Positions 61,500 through 64,000 of a DNA stretch of 64,000 nucleotides are shown here, one piece after another. This DNA comes from Iphione sp. A-MEVVRFRX5 (lineage: Eukaryota). Below the pieces are notes generated by a model. That model made no database searches and was not told where the DNA came from. It saw only the letters and a program-made list of their open reading frames with translations. The position numbers and the translations under genes were made by a program. The stretch spans positions 38,998,001 through 39,062,000 of the forward strand of contig OZ320313.1 of the NCBI GenBank assembly GCA_976226885.1. The letters run 5' to 3'. Every line of letters starts with the position of its first letter. The first letter of the stretch is position 1.

Positions 61500-62650
61500 C
61501 TTGTGCATATAGGAAAAATGTCTGATGGTATATGTCATGTTCATAGCAGACAAAATTTTGTGAGACCTGGTTTCTTTTTGTGGGTTTTTTTTTCATGTTG
61601 TGTGATTTTGACTCTCTGGCCAAACTGTACTGGTTGGTCACCCAATGTATGTGTATATGGGAAACATGTGTGATGGGGTTTGTCATGTTCAGAGCTACCA
61701 ACATTTTTTTTTCATGTTAGGATGGTGTGTGCCTTTGTCTCTGTGGCCAACCTGTACTGGTTGGTCACCCACACTGTGTGCACATGGCCAATATGTATGG
61801 GGGGGGGTTCCTGTTCAGGGCCAACAATTTTTTTTTTTTTTTCATGTTAGGATGGTGTGTGCTTTTGTCTCTGTGGCCAACCTGTACTGGTTGGTCACCC
61901 ACTGTGTGTGCATATGGCAAATATGTATGGGGGGGGGGGTTCCTGTTCAGGGCCAACAATTTTTTTTTTTTTTTCATGTTAGGATGGTGTGTGCCTTTGT
62001 CTCTGTGGCCAACCTGTACTGGTTGGTCACCCACACTGTGTGCACATGGCCAATATGTATGGGGGGGGGTTCCTGTTCAGGGCCAACAATTTTTTTTTTT
62101 TTTTCATGTTAGGATGGTGTGTGCTTTTGTCTCTCTGGCCAACCTGTACTGGTTGGTCACCCACTGTGTGTGCATATGGCAAATATGTATGGGGGGGGGG
62201 TTCCTGTTCAGGGCCAACAATTTTTTTTTTTTTTTCATGTTAGGATGGTGTGTGCTTTTGTCTCTCTGGCCAAGCTGTACTGGTTGGTCACCCACTGTGT
62301 TTTATGCAAGTGTATATAGACAACATATATCAGGATTTGTGTTATGTACATAGCAACCAACTGCTTTTAGGAACAGGTTAGGGTTTTTCTTCCTGTTAGG
62401 GTAGTGAGTGTATGTTGTCTCTGTGGCCAAACTGTACTGGGTGGTCACCCACTGTGTGTGCATAGGGCAAGCATGTAATAGGGAGGGGGATGTCCTTTTC
62501 AGGTCCAACAATTATTTTTTTTTTCATGTATGGATGGTGTATGTTTATTGTCTCTATGGCCAAGCTGTACTGGTTGGTCAAACACAATGGGTGCATATGG
62601 CAAACATGTATGAAGGGTTTTGTCATGTTCAGAGCTACCTACAGGTTATT
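61500..62650. repeat. ~130-bp tandem repeat array with A/B alternation
   Basis: The GATGGTGTGTGC anchor lies at 61721, 61851, 61983, 62113 and 62244, with diverged units on both sides. Each unit has a long G run and a long T run. Confidence 0.95.
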
Positions 62651-62744
62651 AAACCTTTTTTTTTAAATTTCATGTCAGGGCACTTTATGTGCACATGAAT
62701 ATTTCACTACTGCAGTGTCTGACTGTGGATTTTAATTTTTCTAG

Positions 62745-62896
62745 AATGAAGCGATTCGGGATAGACCCAAAGGACCCCGCCTATAACGCCAAGAGGTCCA
62801 AGGCCTCACGTGATGAAGATATAAGGCAGGACCCTGTGGGAGCCCGCAAGAAGGCAGCAACAGACCGGCGTGAACGGCGGCGGCTGGGGAAAATTG
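62745..62896 (+). CDS. internal exon, basic (MKRFGIDPKDPAYNAKRSK...RRERRRLGKI)
   Basis: Acceptor TTTAATTTTTCTAG and donor TTG|GTGAGT (phase 1). Confidence 0.7.
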
Positions 62897-63230
62897 GTGA
62901 GTTACTGTCATTGACCCTAGAATGTATTACTCTACCCTTGTGCAGCATCAAGAGAGGGTACTAGAAGGGGGGGAGAAGGATAGTATAGTAACTGAGTGTG
63001 TGGAGAAAAATGGTACATACCTTTCCCAAAGCAAAATAGCTTAGTGTATAGACTCATAACTTGTAAAGATGATTACAGAGTAAACTGAATATGTTTCTCA
63101 CTAAAAATGATTAACCTTATATATTTTTAAGAATAAACTTTCCTTTTGGCCTTTCTGCATACCTGAGGTACTAAAGGAATGAATCCTATTTCCAGTACTG
63201 TAACATTGAAAATGATGCATTGTATTTCAG

Positions 63231-63392
63231 CTAAAGGTGAAGAGCCGTCGAAAGTGAAACAGGGCCCAAATGAAACTGATGCTGCCTTCGCCCTCCGTGA
63301 GGCCCAGTACCGCATAGATCTTAGGAACTGGGCCCTTGCCCAAGTTCACAGTGAGGAGGAGAGTGAGGACAGTGAGGAGGAGGGGCAGCCTG
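63231..63392 (+). CDS. internal exon (KGEEPS...YRIDLRNWALAQ...acidic)
   Basis: Acceptor TGTATTTCAG and donor CTG|GTAAGT, phase 1/1, in frame with its neighbours. Confidence 0.75.
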
Positions 63393-63585
63393 GTAAGTTA
63401 ATGTGTTGGGTCATTCTGCTTCAGTTTTGGGGGGAGGGAATTTGGAGGGGATTCCTATGTGTATTACTGGCACTCATACCAATTATACTTGTATGGTACT
63501 GACCATAAAAGGAGACACCCTGTTGCTTTGCAAACCACATTAATTGAATTCTAATATGTGCACACCCATTTCTTTCTTTCTGAAG

Positions 63586-63882
63586 GTGCTGGTGCCCTGA
63601 ACGGGGTATATGTTGCCCCTCCTCCCGCGAATGGGCAGCTGGTGCAGAACCAACAGCAGCAGCAGAACCAACAGCAGCAGCAGAACCAACAGCAGCAGCA
63701 GAACCAACAGCACCAGCAGAACCAACAGCAGCAGCAGAACCAACAGCACCAGCAGAACCAACAGCACCAGCAGAACCAACAGCACCAGCAGAACCAACAG
63801 CAGCAGCTGCAGGAACAGGAGGCAGAGGAGAGTGAAGAGAACGAGGAGGAGGAGGACGACCAACAGGAGGCTGCCAGCAATG
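63586..63882 (+). CDS. internal exon with a Q/N-rich repeat and acidic tract; the gene continues beyond the window
   Basis: Acceptor TTTCTTTCTTTCTGAAG and donor ATG|GTAAGT, phase 1/1. Confidence 0.78.
63645..63806 (+). repeat. nine 18-bp coding units CAGAACCAACAGCA(G/C)CAG = QNQQ(Q/H)Q
   Basis: Direct observation. Confidence 0.95.
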
Positions 63883-64000
63883 GTAAGTTTATGTCTAGAG
63901 TTTCTGTCTTTTCAGTATGCTTGCAGTAGTCTTCGTGTATATTTCTACACAAAACGGTTTCAATGGTGGCCATCATGTTGTACATACAGTTATGTTTCAT

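Noticed and set aside
63540-64000. Minus-strand poly-Leu/Val and Cys/Trp-rich ORFs
   Set aside because: Antisense readings of the CAG-rich coding repeat.

Overview
Eukaryotic genomic DNA, most likely an invertebrate animal (GT-AG introns, microsatellites, three N gaps, animal-type TEs); the species cannot be determined. The exons below were assembled by hand from splice signals and reading phase. Genes: (1) a + strand gene whose exons encode a THAP zinc finger (2579-2783, 4202-4301) and, phase-compatibly, a Pro-rich region, a divergent RFX-type winged helix, a Pipsqueak-type HTH and an acidic/coiled-coil tail (12549-18704); (2) a - strand MARVEL-domain (plasmolipin/CMTM-like) gene with two exons found (37552-37722, 25129-25227); (3) a possible small secreted YG-repeat protein (57962-60225); (4) a MADF-domain gene running off the right edge, with a QNQQ(Q/H)Q repeat. 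The MARVEL intron holds a young 8.9-kb Gypsy LTR retrotransposon (25340-34236) with ATAA TSD, tRNA-Leu PBS and a canonical -1 frameshift signal. This element carries a third, env-unlike reading frame of about 838 codons encoding two C2H2 zinc fingers and six PPALPGRR-like repeats, and it has an anomalous 3' end that duplicates 77 bp of its own 5' flank. Other repeats: a near-intact CR1/L2-type LINE, fossil LINE, Penelope-like and Sola-like elements, two MITE families and several minisatellites. Domain calls come from motif recognition by eye, not from database searches.
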